Part shown: positions 11,644 through 21,280 of the stretch, piece after piece
Layout of the letters: every line of letters begins with the position of its first letter
How positions within the stretch are numbered: position 1 is the stretch's first letter
Assembly (NCBI GenBank): GCA_042408215.1
Contig: JAYFMW010000005.1
Span: 576,001-640,000, forward strand
Direction: 5' to 3'
From: Microcoleus sp.
Lineage (GTDB): Bacteria; Cyanobacteriota; Cyanobacteriia; Cyanobacteriales; Microcoleaceae
Length of the DNA stretch: 64,000 nucleotides
Made by a program: the position numbers and the translations under genes
The notes under the pieces: model-generated
The model's database searches: none
The model's input: the letters and a program-made list of their open reading frames with translations, nothing else
Told to the model about the DNA's origin: nothing

Positions 11644-11905
11644 TCTGATGACTTACGCACCGGCCAAGAAACCTGGTTTTTAATGATTAAACCGCGAATC
11701 CGCCAGCGCTTTCGTCAGAACAGCATCTTCTTCTTTCTCTGACTTCTCTTCCTTCGCGTCATGAGCGCCTTCGCGGTTCATTTAATCTGAGCTGATCCTT
11801 GGCTGTCTCTTCCACCAACTGTGTAAGTCCTGACTGCGAGGAGTGTAAGGTAGAGCCGCCAATCTAGAAAGCAACAAACATTTTGCAAAACCTTGTTAAA
11901 AGCCA

Positions 11906-13057
11906 ATGCAGCCAGATTCTCAAAAATCCCCCAATTTGCCTCTCGTCTCAGTCATTATCCCTGCATACAACGCTGAGCCATTTATTGAAGAAACTCTGAA
12001 ATCTGTTCTCGCTCAAACTTATCCAGCAATTGAAGTTTTAGTAGTCGATGACGGTTCCCAGGATCGAACCCCCGAAATTGTCGAAAAAATTGGCAAAAAA
12101 GATGCTCGCATCCAGCTTCTGAAACAGCCAAATGCTGGAGTCGCTGCTGCTCGAAACTTAGGAATTCAGAAGTCGAGAGGAGAATATATTGCCCCCATTG
12201 ATGCCGATGATATTTGGTATCCTGAAAACATAGAAAAACAAGTTCAATGTATGTTGGAGGGAGGGGAAAAAGTAGGGGTGGTCTATTCGTGGACAGTGGA
12301 CCTGGATGAAAAAGGATTGCTAACAGGAGGATTCCGGTCTTTTGCAATTGAAGGTGACGTGTACGCGACCCTAATCTGCCACAACTTTATAGGAAACGCG
12401 AGTGCTTCTCTGATCCGTCGCAGTTGTTTGGAAAAGGTAGGGGTTTATGACAAGACATTGAAGGAAAGGAATGCTCAAGGCTGTGAAGACTGGGACTTGT
12501 ACCTGCGGATAGCAGAGCTTTATCAATTTCGAGCCGTGGCGGAATTTTCAATTGGCTATCGCAGGATGTATAACACTATGTCTACCAACTATAAGACAAT
12601 GGCGAAGTCTCAATCTTTGATGCTGCAAGCTACCAAGCAAAGGCATCCCGAAATTCCCGATTTCCTGCACCGATTATCTACCAGTAATTTTTTGCTGTAC
12701 TTAGGGCACCAAAGCAGCCGCAACGGCGACGATCGCACCGCGCTCTTTTGGTTATTCCAAGCTTTAAAAACTGAGTGCATCTCACCCTTATCCCGTTCTG
12801 GCTTTTACAGAGTATTGGGAAAGAGCCTTTTCAACCTATTATCCCAGTCTTGGAAACATCAGGATGCTCTAGATACACCTGTGAGAGTAGAAGATACGCC
12901 ATACTCTGAGAACCAAATGCTCAGCCGGGAGGTGTTGGTAAAGATGCGGCGCAAAAAGATCGAATTAATGGTAACGATAGGGAACATTTTTCACCGCTCA
13001 ATTTCCATCCTTGTCAAGCGAAATCAAGCAAATATTGACAGGCTCCCCTTAAGTTAA
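11906..13057 (+). CDS. Glycosyltransferase family 2
   Basis: VSVIIPAYN, VVDDGSQD, DADD, EDWDL. Confidence 0.93.
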   Translation: MQPDSQKSPNLPLVSVIIPAYNAEPFIEETLKSVLAQTYPAIEVLVVDDGSQDRTPEIVEKIGKKDARIQLLKQPNAGVAAARNLGIQKSRGEYIAPIDADDIWYPENIEKQVQCMLEGGEKVGVVYSWTVDLDEKGLLTGGFRSFAIEGDVYATLICHNFIGNASASLIRRSCLEKVGVYDKTLKERNAQGCEDWDLYLRIAELYQFRAVAEFSIGYRRMYNTMSTNYKTMAKSQSLMLQATKQRHPEIPDFLHRLSTSNFLLYLGHQSSRNGDDRTALFWLFQALKTECISPLSRSGFYRVLGKSLFNLLSQSWKHQDALDTPVRVEDTPYSENQMLSREVLVKMRRKKIELMVTIGNIFHRSISILVKRNQANIDRLPLS

Positions 13058-13116
13058 CATTAGCGCCACGCCATCGGCCAAGGCAGATTTGTCTTAATGC
13101 AACACCCTGATATATT

Positions 13117-15417
13117 TCAATTTTTCAAGCGATAAAGCACTGATTCAGTCTTAAAATCTTTCCCAAAAACTGGTTCCAGCGGGCCCTCGGCACTTGTCAG
13201 CTTAGATAGAGCTTTTCTGGTATTTGCGTCTGTCGAATTCATGGGCCCGAATCCCACAATCCTAACTCTATTGTAGCGCAAGTTGTCAATCCATGCAGAA
13301 AGGCGATCGGCTCTAAAAGGCACATACAAAACTTGCCTATTCAAGTTTTTTCCATAAAAAAGGTAGCTACGATAACTTAAAAAGAATCCTATTATTTCAT
13401 CCGGTACTGTATTTTTGTCAATATATTCGTAAATACCGCGATACAGTTCTGTGCGAGCAACATCTCGCTGTTCCCTCCAATTACCAATTACGATCGATCC
13501 TATACAGACACCAATTATCACTATGTAACTGACTTTTTTTCTGGTTGAAAAGAGATTATTCAGCCATCCTAAGCCAGGATTTATTTTAAACAATATCCAA
13601 GCCAGCGTCATTGGCACAATATAAAATATCGATGGTATTAATATATCTGGCCAATAGGGGGCTAATATTTTTAGGACAGTCTGACTAGCTGCTACTGGAT
13701 TAGACTTAAAACTATCAATCAACGAACTCCCCCAAACAATACTATCTCCGGTAAAAGAAGCATTTCTAATAGTATCAAAAATTGTGTTGCTAGGAATTCC
13801 GCAAAGACTGCTAACCAAAACAAGTGTCACAACAACTGGATTGCGAGTTTTCAAGAGAGTTGCTGTAGCTGCGGCTGCGATGCCGAGTACGCTTAAAAAT
13901 GGAAATCCGTATCTGAGATTAAAACCGAGTAGAGGACTTATTTTACCGATCGACTCTCCCGCAGTACCGGAAGTATAAGGTGTAATTAGATACAGAATTC
14001 CTGTGCAGGCGAGCAGTACAGTCAGTATGATAGTATTTTCATTAATTATTTTAGTTTTACCTTTTGTGAAAGCAAGAGGTGCTGCTAATACCTGAAAGAC
14101 CAAAGCCATAAATGGCACTTGCAATCTAAGGATAATTTGCCAGCCGAGAGTTTTCCAGTGATCAATATTGCTAGGATTAAATTGAGCAGCTAAAGTGCTT
14201 TGCCAAATCTTGAAAAGCGGCGCAACTGGCGGCTTTTGTATCGAAGGTGTTGGCGGCTTTACCGGAGATGGTAATGGCTGTACAGGAGATGGTATGGTAA
14301 CTGGTTGTAAGGGAACTAGAATCTCTTTAGTGTCACCGACAGGATGATTGATGTGTAACAAGTTTCTGGTATACCAAAAACTTCCTAAAAGTAAGAAACA
14401 AGCTAGGCCGCACAGCAAGACTGGTTTGATAAAGTGGAGAATTCTAAATTGAGCTTGTGTGGATTTTTGATTAAATGCAAATCTTTTAATTTCTAATATT
14501 GCTAATCCTCCTAACAGTGATGCTGCATAGACTAAGCCGGTGATTTTGATTCCTGCTAGCATTCCCGTGGATGCCAAAAATAGGGATAGTTCGGATAATT
14601 CACGGCTTTTATAATAAGATAAACCCCAGTACAAAGCAACTGTAAATATTGCAGCCAGGGGTAAGTCTGGGTGCATCGTGTTAACCTGATTGAGCATCAT
14701 TGGCACTGTCAATACTAAAGATGACGCTGCCATGCCGTGAATTCTAGTTGCTCCAAATTTAATGCTCAAAAGATAGACTGAAATTCCTTCAATTACCCAG
14801 GCTATTAGCAGGGGAAAAGCTGTGAGAAAATCTTCTCTGAATGGGATTAAACATAAGGCCGATAAAACGTGCCAATTGTAAGGATATACTCTAGCTTGTT
14901 CGTGATCGAAAATCCAATTTCCAGCGGCATCTAATAAAGTCAATGAACCTGTTTGATACCATCTCGCAATTACAGGGAGATGAAACCACAATGAGTCATA
15001 ATTTGTTGTGGGTTTAGTGGCTAGATTTCCCAATAGCAGAAGTCCCACCAAAGCGACAGAAATAATAATTAGCAATTCCGATTTATTCAGAGGTTGCTTG
15101 AGTTGGGGGATTGGCCAATTTAAGGAGGAAATATCGCGGATTTTTTTGTAGTAAATTCGGATTGAGGCGATCGCAAAAATTAGGATTTCTGCTAAAATAA
15201 TAGCATAAATATTTAGGCGATCGCAACTTCCTAAAATTAAGCCCGTAGAGACTTGTACAATCGTCCAAGTTGTGAGGAGTACGAGGAGAAAATGGGCAAA
15301 TGAATAGTTATTGTTTTCTTGATGATTCCCGAAGGCAAGAGATAAACACAGGGGAATCGGGCCGATTAAAATAATCAGAAATAAGCTGAATTCCCACAGG
15401 TGTTGCGCGATTAGCAT
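13117..15417 (-). CDS. Polytopic membrane protein, possibly a GT-C-fold glycosyltransferase
   Basis: Many TM segments; YDSLWFHLP, YPYN, GIKITG and RYGFP motifs resemble GT-C-type proteins. Confidence 0.6.
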   Translation of the reverse strand: MLIAQHLWEFSLFLIILIGPIPLCLSLAFGNHQENNNYSFAHFLLVLLTTWTIVQVSTGLILGSCDRLNIYAIILAEILIFAIASIRIYYKKIRDISSLNWPIPQLKQPLNKSELLIIISVALVGLLLLGNLATKPTTNYDSLWFHLPVIARWYQTGSLTLLDAAGNWIFDHEQARVYPYNWHVLSALCLIPFREDFLTAFPLLIAWVIEGISVYLLSIKFGATRIHGMAASSLVLTVPMMLNQVNTMHPDLPLAAIFTVALYWGLSYYKSRELSELSLFLASTGMLAGIKITGLVYAASLLGGLAILEIKRFAFNQKSTQAQFRILHFIKPVLLCGLACFLLLGSFWYTRNLLHINHPVGDTKEILVPLQPVTIPSPVQPLPSPVKPPTPSIQKPPVAPLFKIWQSTLAAQFNPSNIDHWKTLGWQIILRLQVPFMALVFQVLAAPLAFTKGKTKIINENTIILTVLLACTGILYLITPYTSGTAGESIGKISPLLGFNLRYGFPFLSVLGIAAAATATLLKTRNPVVVTLVLVSSLCGIPSNTIFDTIRNASFTGDSIVWGSSLIDSFKSNPVAASQTVLKILAPYWPDILIPSIFYIVPMTLAWILFKINPGLGWLNNLFSTRKKVSYIVIIGVCIGSIVIGNWREQRDVARTELYRGIYEYIDKNTVPDEIIGFFLSYRSYLFYGKNLNRQVLYVPFRADRLSAWIDNLRYNRVRIVGFGPMNSTDANTRKALSKLTSAEGPLEPVFGKDFKTESVLYRLKN

Positions 15418-15577
15418 AAGCTATAGAAGAAGGAAGAAGGAAGTTCGGCAACGGATTATGTAACGGATTTAACGGATTTAATGCTCGTTCCTAGGCTCTG
15501 CTAGATATGCGTTACTAGGCACGAGGCAGAGTCTGTGAAGGAGGACGAGGGAGGACGATCGCGAAAATCTCCTGTTT

Positions 15578-17632
15578 TTACCTGCTAGCTTGCTTCTGGG
15601 TTTTGGGTTTGGTAACTTGGTTGTTTTTCGGCTGAGCAATCTCAGCTTTTAACAGTTCGGGGAATGGTGGCTGGAGGTTGTGAACTTCGATATCCATTCC
15701 CACGGGTAGAGGGGGAAGTTGGGGAAGATCGTTTTCTAAATCTTTGAGTCCCTTAACGTCTTTTGCTGCCATGATTTCGGGCAGTTGCGGTATTTTAGCG
15801 GTTTCCAAAGTGCCGAGCATTTTTGCTAGAGCAAATTCTAGCTGAGAGCCTGGGTCGATCGCCACCCAACCCCGGTCAGTCATTTGCCGGATCTCGAAGT
15901 GGAGGTGAGGCCCAGTGGACATTCCCGTATTACCGACGCGGCCGATGGTGTCTCCCTGTTTCACCCATTCTCCGGGTTTGACAAATAGTTCGGAAAGGTG
16001 TCCGTAGAGGGTTTCCTGAGACTGTTTATTATGATTGAGAACTACTGTCAAACCGTAACCGCCTAACCAATCTGCGATCGCCACTTGACCGGCATAAGCA
16101 GCTAGCACAGGCGTCCCCAAGTCGGCTCCTAAGTCAGTGCCGGTGTGAAACCTCCCGTAGCCCATCACTGGATGAGTCCGCCAACCAAAGGGCGAAGTAA
16201 TTGCCGACGCAATGGATAGGGGAAATAGCAGGCTGGTGTTGCCATTGCCGACTCTGCCAGCAGGACGTGGTGTGAGATTGTAGTAAGCAAAACCAGTATT
16301 GCTGCCACTGCTGACACTAATTGGGCCGACACTAATCGGGCCGAGTCCCATGCTGGGCGCGGGTGCTGGGCTGCCGCCCCCATAATATGCAGCGTCGGCA
16401 TAATAACCAGCGTCGGCGGAGTTGCCGGGGTTAGCGAAGTCGGCGGAGTTGGCCTGTTGAAGCTGCTTTCCGTAGACAGATTCTGGTGGCGGGTTTCCAG
16501 GCCCCCAAAGCTGACTGCCTATTTGTTGAACGGCTTCACCGACAGTACCAACAATGTTCCCGGCAGTATTTCCGGCAGTATTTCCGCCACTATTTCCGGC
16601 CGTATTCCAGCCCCTATTTCCGCCACTATTTCCGCCACTATTTCCGCCACTATTTCCGGCAGTATTTCCGGCAGTATTCCAGCCCCTATGCTCGGCACTA
16701 TGCTCGGCACTATTTCCGGCAGTATTCCAGCCCCTATGCTCGGCACTATTCTCGGCAGTATTTCCGGCACTATTCCAGCCCCTATGCTCGGCACTATTCT
16801 CGGCAGTATTTCCGGCAGTATTTCCGGCACTATTCTCGGCACTATTCCCAGGAGGAGGGGTAGCTATGTAGGGCTCGTCTGCGATCGGATTTTGAGGGTC
16901 TCCGTTGCCTCCTTCGGCATCTGCTGTCATCGGCTCTTGGGCATCAGAATACCCGCACAGGTCTCCTACTCCTTGTCCTGATGTCACAGTACCTTGGCAG
17001 CCGGTCGATCGTTCGGCAAACTCTATTGCTGTGGGCGATTCATAGCCGTTGGTAGCCCCTAGGCTGTAGTCTGTGTTGTCGATGTAAGCGTTGGCGGGGT
17101 TAATTGGCGCTTCAAAAGGAGGTTCCTGGGCCGTCGGTTCTGGCAGGGGAATCAGTGCGGGTTCTGGCAAATAATCTGGGGCCGGGGGGTGGTCGGTGGC
17201 CTGGGGTTCTGGAACGTATGCCGGTGCGGGGGCTAGTTCGATATAGGTAGATTGTTCCGGAATTTCGGCTGATGGTTCGACGTAGGGTTCTGGCTCCGCG
17301 ACAGGGGGTGGTGCCTCTTGGAAGGGATCGGGTTCTGGGGCTGGGGGCGGGGCTTCAAATGCTGCCTGGGGTTCTGGTTCGGCGGGGGGCGGGGCTTCAA
17401 ATGCTGCCTGGGGTTCTGGTTCGGCGGGGATGGTTAGTTCTGCTAGGGGTGTTTCGGTTTGTGCCCAAACTAGGCCGTGGCTCAGCAGTCCCAGACTGGT
17501 AAAGCAACTCAGTCCCACCAGCAGAGTGCGATCGGACAAAAGGCGTCCTCTTGTCCGGGCGCTTGTAGGCTGCTTTTTTTGCTCTTTGGTGTTCAAATCG
17601 GCTGTTTTTTGCTTGTCTGTGACTGGTTTCAC
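15578..17632 (-). CDS. M23 family peptidoglycan endopeptidase with long low-complexity/repeat regions
   Basis: ITSPFGWR, HTGTD, YGHL, STGPHLHFE. Confidence 0.9.
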   Translation of the reverse strand: MKPVTDKQKTADLNTKEQKKQPTSARTRGRLLSDRTLLVGLSCFTSLGLLSHGLVWAQTETPLAELTIPAEPEPQAAFEAPPPAEPEPQAAFEAPPPAPEPDPFQEAPPPVAEPEPYVEPSAEIPEQSTYIELAPAPAYVPEPQATDHPPAPDYLPEPALIPLPEPTAQEPPFEAPINPANAYIDNTDYSLGATNGYESPTAIEFAERSTGCQGTVTSGQGVGDLCGYSDAQEPMTADAEGGNGDPQNPIADEPYIATPPPGNSAENSAGNTAGNTAENSAEHRGWNSAGNTAENSAEHRGWNTAGNSAEHSAEHRGWNTAGNTAGNSGGNSGGNSGGNRGWNTAGNSGGNTAGNTAGNIVGTVGEAVQQIGSQLWGPGNPPPESVYGKQLQQANSADFANPGNSADAGYYADAAYYGGGSPAPAPSMGLGPISVGPISVSSGSNTGFAYYNLTPRPAGRVGNGNTSLLFPLSIASAITSPFGWRTHPVMGYGRFHTGTDLGADLGTPVLAAYAGQVAIADWLGGYGLTVVLNHNKQSQETLYGHLSELFVKPGEWVKQGDTIGRVGNTGMSTGPHLHFEIRQMTDRGWVAIDPGSQLEFALAKMLGTLETAKIPQLPEIMAAKDVKGLKDLENDLPQLPPLPVGMDIEVHNLQPPFPELLKAEIAQPKNNQVTKPKTQKQASR
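16555..16850. repeat. In-frame 12-bp/36-bp tandem repeat inside the M23 gene
   Basis: Units such as ggcagtatttcc and ccagcccctatg encode AGNT, AENS, GGNS and HRGWN. Confidence 0.9.
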
Positions 17633-17735
17633 GATTTTTTTTTCCCGAACTCTACAGGGGGCGCAAGGAGGTTGAAGCCTCGATCGAATGTATTGGAATC
17701 CTTGTATTTATACAGCCCAAATTGATTGTACCGGA

Positions 17736-17900
17736 TTGACACTCTGGGATCTTTCATAGACTGAGATTCTTGAATGGACTAGAATCTGATCTTCAAAGGC
17801 GCTGTCAAGAGGCCTCTACACGCTCAAAACAACTACCATTACCAGAGGTATTGCAATTGGGCTTACTTTTAATTCAGTTGTGCGGTTAAATTTGGTTGGC
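17736..17900 (-). ncRNA. Orphan TnpB-type omega-RNA / IS605 right-end remnant
   Basis: Reverse strand reads AAAAGTAAGC...TAGTTGTTTTGAGCGT.TAGAGG..TCTTGACAGC...AAGAATC...GAGTGTCAA, homologous to 19662-19816. Confidence 0.7.
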
Positions 17901-17959
17901 AAAACTGTTCAATGTTTAGAATACAACGCAAGTGACTCGGTTGGGGAAGGATGGATTGA

Positions 17960-18847
17960 ATGAGTTTAGCTGACGATCGCTCGACCAATTTTCCGGACTC
18001 TGAATCCGTTGGACTATCAGATGGTGTTACTTGGCAGTGGCAAAGTTGGGAAGGCTTGCCTTATCTGACTTGTAGCTTGCTTTCGATGTGCTCTCATGGC
18101 TTTTTTACTCAGGATTTTTCGCCCCGTGGGCCGATCGACTTGACGGATGTTCTCTCCCCCGGATCGCCGGTTTACCGCCTCCAGCAGGTGCATGGCAATG
18201 CTGTACTCAACACTGGTGTGGTACTGCCTGTTTCTGCTAGTTCTCCAGGCCCGGAAACTGCTGCTGAAAGTTATGCCTCAGCTGATGGCTTGGTGACTCA
18301 GTGTCCGTTTGAGGCGGTGTGGGTTTGTACGGCGGATTGTGTGCCGGTGCTGATTGCTGACGATCGCACTCTCCAAGTCGCCGCAGTTCACGCTGGTTGG
18401 CGCGGGACTGCTGCTAAGATCTTGCCAGAGGCGATCGCTCAACTTGTGGCACAAGGCAGTAAAAGAGAAAATCTGAGGATTGCTATGGGGCCGGCGATCG
18501 CTGGAGAGGTTTACCAGGTATCTGTGGAAGTGGCAGCGGAACTAGGGGCTACTGTTGCTCCTGAAGCTGCTGTTAGTACCGCAGCCGACATTCTGGAGTT
18601 TTTGCACCAACTGCCCGAAACGCCTGTATTTGCCGATCCAGAGCCGGGAAAGGTACGCTTGGACGTTCGTCGCTTGAATGCTCTGCAATTGCAGCAGTTG
18701 GGAATTAGTCTTTCTCAAGTGGCGATCGCTCCTTACTGTACTTATTCTGATTCGGCTCGCTTTTTTTCCTACCGTCGCGATCGACTCAAAAAAGTCCAAT
18801 GGTCAGGAATTGTGAGCGGCGGCGGGACAAGTCCCTCACGGGGGTAG
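17960..18847 (+). CDS. pgeF: Peptidoglycan editing factor PgeF (YfiH)
   Basis: QVHG, ADG, TADCVP, VHAGWRG, FFSYRR. Confidence 0.93.
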   Translation: MSLADDRSTNFPDSESVGLSDGVTWQWQSWEGLPYLTCSLLSMCSHGFFTQDFSPRGPIDLTDVLSPGSPVYRLQQVHGNAVLNTGVVLPVSASSPGPETAAESYASADGLVTQCPFEAVWVCTADCVPVLIADDRTLQVAAVHAGWRGTAAKILPEAIAQLVAQGSKRENLRIAMGPAIAGEVYQVSVEVAAELGATVAPEAAVSTAADILEFLHQLPETPVFADPEPGKVRLDVRRLNALQLQQLGISLSQVAIAPYCTYSDSARFFSYRRDRLKKVQWSGIVSGGGTSPSRG

Positions 18848-19256
18848 AAGGCAAAAGTCAGAAGGCAGAATTTTAGATTACCAAGTTAAAAATCAAAATC
18901 TTTGTATTCATGTTTTTTTCTTGACTTCTACCTTCTGTCTTTTGCCCTCAGATTGGAATTTTCATGAGTATGTGCAAAGGTTTGCTGGTTCCTAGCCCAA
19001 AGCACTAAAAACTAGCAGCTAAACTTTTGGGACAGCGGCGATCGCCCCCGCCCCGCTTTCCTCTGTTGTTAAGATTGCCCTATAACGCCTCGCGCGATCG
19101 CCCGGTCTTTCCTGCAGGGGATGAAACGCAGTTGCAGCCTTTAGGCTGCAACTATTCTGTGTTAAACTTGAATTATGCCGAACAAGTTTATCAACTACGT
19201 GATGAATTATCCTAGTGCGGTGAAATCCCGACCAGTAAGACACTGCCAGCTTTGAC

Positions 19257-19595
19257 CGAGAAAATGGGATGCAAGCCCCGTCCTTTTAGGACGGCTTTAT
19301 GCTATAGTTTAATTGGTTGAAATCCCCACCTAAGATTGCAGCGATATATACTCATCTTGAGTTGAAACCGGGACTGATCCAGTAATAGGGAAAGACTGAA
19401 GGGCAATGGTTAAAATCCAACCTGGAAGCAAAACAAAGTATTGTTAATGTTTTTTAAACAAAACGATACATATAGTCGGGATAGGGCATTGCCACGACTT
19501 AAAATGAACATGGAGGCGCTCGTAAGACTACTTCGGTAGCATTGGTCGATGAAGTGTTAAGAATCCTCTCGCCTTTAGGCAGGGGAGTATGTCAA
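19257..19595 (+). mobile_element. Non-autonomous IS605-group element with TnpB omega-RNA and no ORF
   Basis: Follows TTGAC; left-end hairpin GCAAGCCCCGTCCTTTTAGGACGGC; right end GAATCCTCTCGCCTTTAGGCAGGGGAGTATGTCAA. Confidence 0.82.
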
Positions 19596-19661
19596 TGAGT
19601 AAGACTAGGCACTGGTAAACAAAGGCAGGAGCAGGAGCGTACCTCATTGGCTACTGTTGAT

Positions 19662-19816
19662 GCCAGGGGAACGAAAGCATAAAACAAAAGTAAAAGTAAG
19701 CGCCATCACGGCATCGAAAGATAGTTGTTTTGAGCGTCTAGAGGTGTCTTGATAGCACCATTAAGAGTGTCAAAGCTTCTTAAGAATCCCCGTACCACCC
19801 GGTCGGGGAGTATCAA
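19662..19816 (+). ncRNA. Second orphan TnpB-type omega-RNA (different clade); left boundary uncertain
   Basis: Ends AAGAATCCCCGTACCACCCGGTCGGGGAGTATCAA, is preceded by TTGAT, and has a paralog at 17736-17900. Confidence 0.7.
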
Positions 19817-19843
19817 AATGAGAGTCTCCAGCGGGTTAGTAAA

Positions 19844-20342
19844 GTCAGTAACTCAGGTCTAAATACGCGCTCGCTTGCCAGAGTAATATCAAAACAAGCT
19901 GTACTGACCAGACCCCTCGTAAGAGGAGCCGTTATTTGAGTCAAGACACCTGGAAATGCGACGCTAGTTTCCCGCTCTGTCGCTTGCAATTAAACAGTCT
20001 TAAAGTCACGCTCGGCAGTGTTGCAAGCATAACAAGCTCGGATAACCAGGTCGAAGCGAACATTACCCCTCTCATGGAGGCTCTCGAAGAGCAAATCATT
20101 ATGCGTACAGGATTGCAGAGTTTGAAGTGGTAACTGTCGAGCTTGAAAGTGCATTACAACACTTCGACACTTCGACTACGCGAGCGTGCGACGCTTCGCG
20201 AGGGTGACCGACCGAATCAAGCAATCCCCGTGTAATGGTCACGGCGGTTGAAACCGCCCGTGCGATGCCCTTCCTCGTAGCCGAAGGGTCATTTCCCACG
20301 AGCGGTTTCAACCGCTGAGTTTCCCACTTACGGAGCTTTTTT
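19844..20342 (+). mobile_element. Internally deleted IsrB/IscB-type element: omega-RNA plus terminal hairpins, no nuclease
   Basis: Starts GTCAGTAACTCAGG and shares scaffold motifs with 6138-6385; residual ATGCGT...TGL ORF stub; ends immediately before ATGA. Confidence 0.78.
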
Positions 20343-20954
20343 ATGAGTGAGCCAACTCCCTATCAACTGCTTGAAGTCGATGAAGATGCTTCCTTTGATG
20401 AAGTACAAGAGGCACGTACTCGTCTGACCGAGCAGTACACCGGCGATCGGAAACGTTTAGAATCGATCGAAGCTGCTTATGATGCGATCCTCATGGACCG
20501 CTTGCGACAGCGACAGGAAGGTAAAATTAAAGTCCCCGAACGCATCCGCTTTCCAGAGCGCCTGGCTCCTTCGCCAGCCAGCTTTACTCCGGCTCCTCCA
20601 TCTGGGAGCCCGGCTTGGCTGCAACGGCTCATCGATACTCCGAGTCGATCGGATATTTTGTGGCCTGCTGGCGTGTATGCGAGCTTGGGCGGACTAAGTA
20701 TTTATCCAGCAGCTAATGATTCTCTACTACAGTTGACTCTGGCTCTGGGGGTCGGCTGTTGTCTTTATTTTGTTAATCGCAAGGAACAAAAATTTGGTCG
20801 GGCTGTGCTGCTGACTGTGGCTGGCTTGGTTATTGGCTTGGTGCTGGGAGGCCTTTTGGGTTCTTTGGTTAGTCCGGCATTTATAACAACAGAGAAATTT
20901 ATCGCTTTGTTTACGTTTTTTATTCTGTGGTTGGTAAGCTGTTTTCTGCGATAG
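20343..20954 (+). CDS. CPP1-like (DUF3353) J-like membrane protein
   Basis: PYQLLEVDEDASFDEVQEAR, IEAAYDAILMDRLRQRQEGKIKVPERIRF, C-terminal TM helices. Confidence 0.88.
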   Translation: MSEPTPYQLLEVDEDASFDEVQEARTRLTEQYTGDRKRLESIEAAYDAILMDRLRQRQEGKIKVPERIRFPERLAPSPASFTPAPPSGSPAWLQRLIDTPSRSDILWPAGVYASLGGLSIYPAANDSLLQLTLALGVGCCLYFVNRKEQKFGRAVLLTVAGLVIGLVLGGLLGSLVSPAFITTEKFIALFTFFILWLVSCFLR

Positions 20955-20957
20955 TCA

Positions 20958-21280
20958 ATAGTTATTAGTTATTAGTTATTAGTTATTAGTTACTGGTTGG
21001 TTGTTGGTTCGTCGGAGTTTTTAGCTGTTATTTATTAATTGTTGGTTAGTCGGAGTTTTTAGGTGTTATTCGTTAGTTGTTGATTGTTACCAATAACCAA
21101 TAACCAATAACCAATAACCAATAACCAATAACCAATAACCAATAACCAATAACCAATAACCAATAATCAATGACCAATAACTAATAACTAATGACTACTG
21201 ACCAATGACTAATAACCAATGACTAATGACTACTGACCAATGACTAATGACTACTGACCAATGACTACTGACTAATGACT
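20958..21280. repeat. STRR heptamer arrays (TAGTTAT, TAACCAA, TGACTAA/CTACTGA)
   Basis: Seen directly between convergent genes. Confidence 0.9.

Noticed and set aside
16457..16981. Several overlapping repeat-rich ORFs (RQYF, PAVF, PEIL)
   Set aside because: They are alternate-frame shadows of the stop-free 12-bp repeat inside the M23 gene.
19311..19490. Group I intron (IStron) or FMN riboswitch
   Set aside because: GACTG/TAGTC and TATAGTCGGGAT look suggestive, but I found no P3/P4 partner, the element ends in TCAA rather than G, and FMN core motifs are missing.
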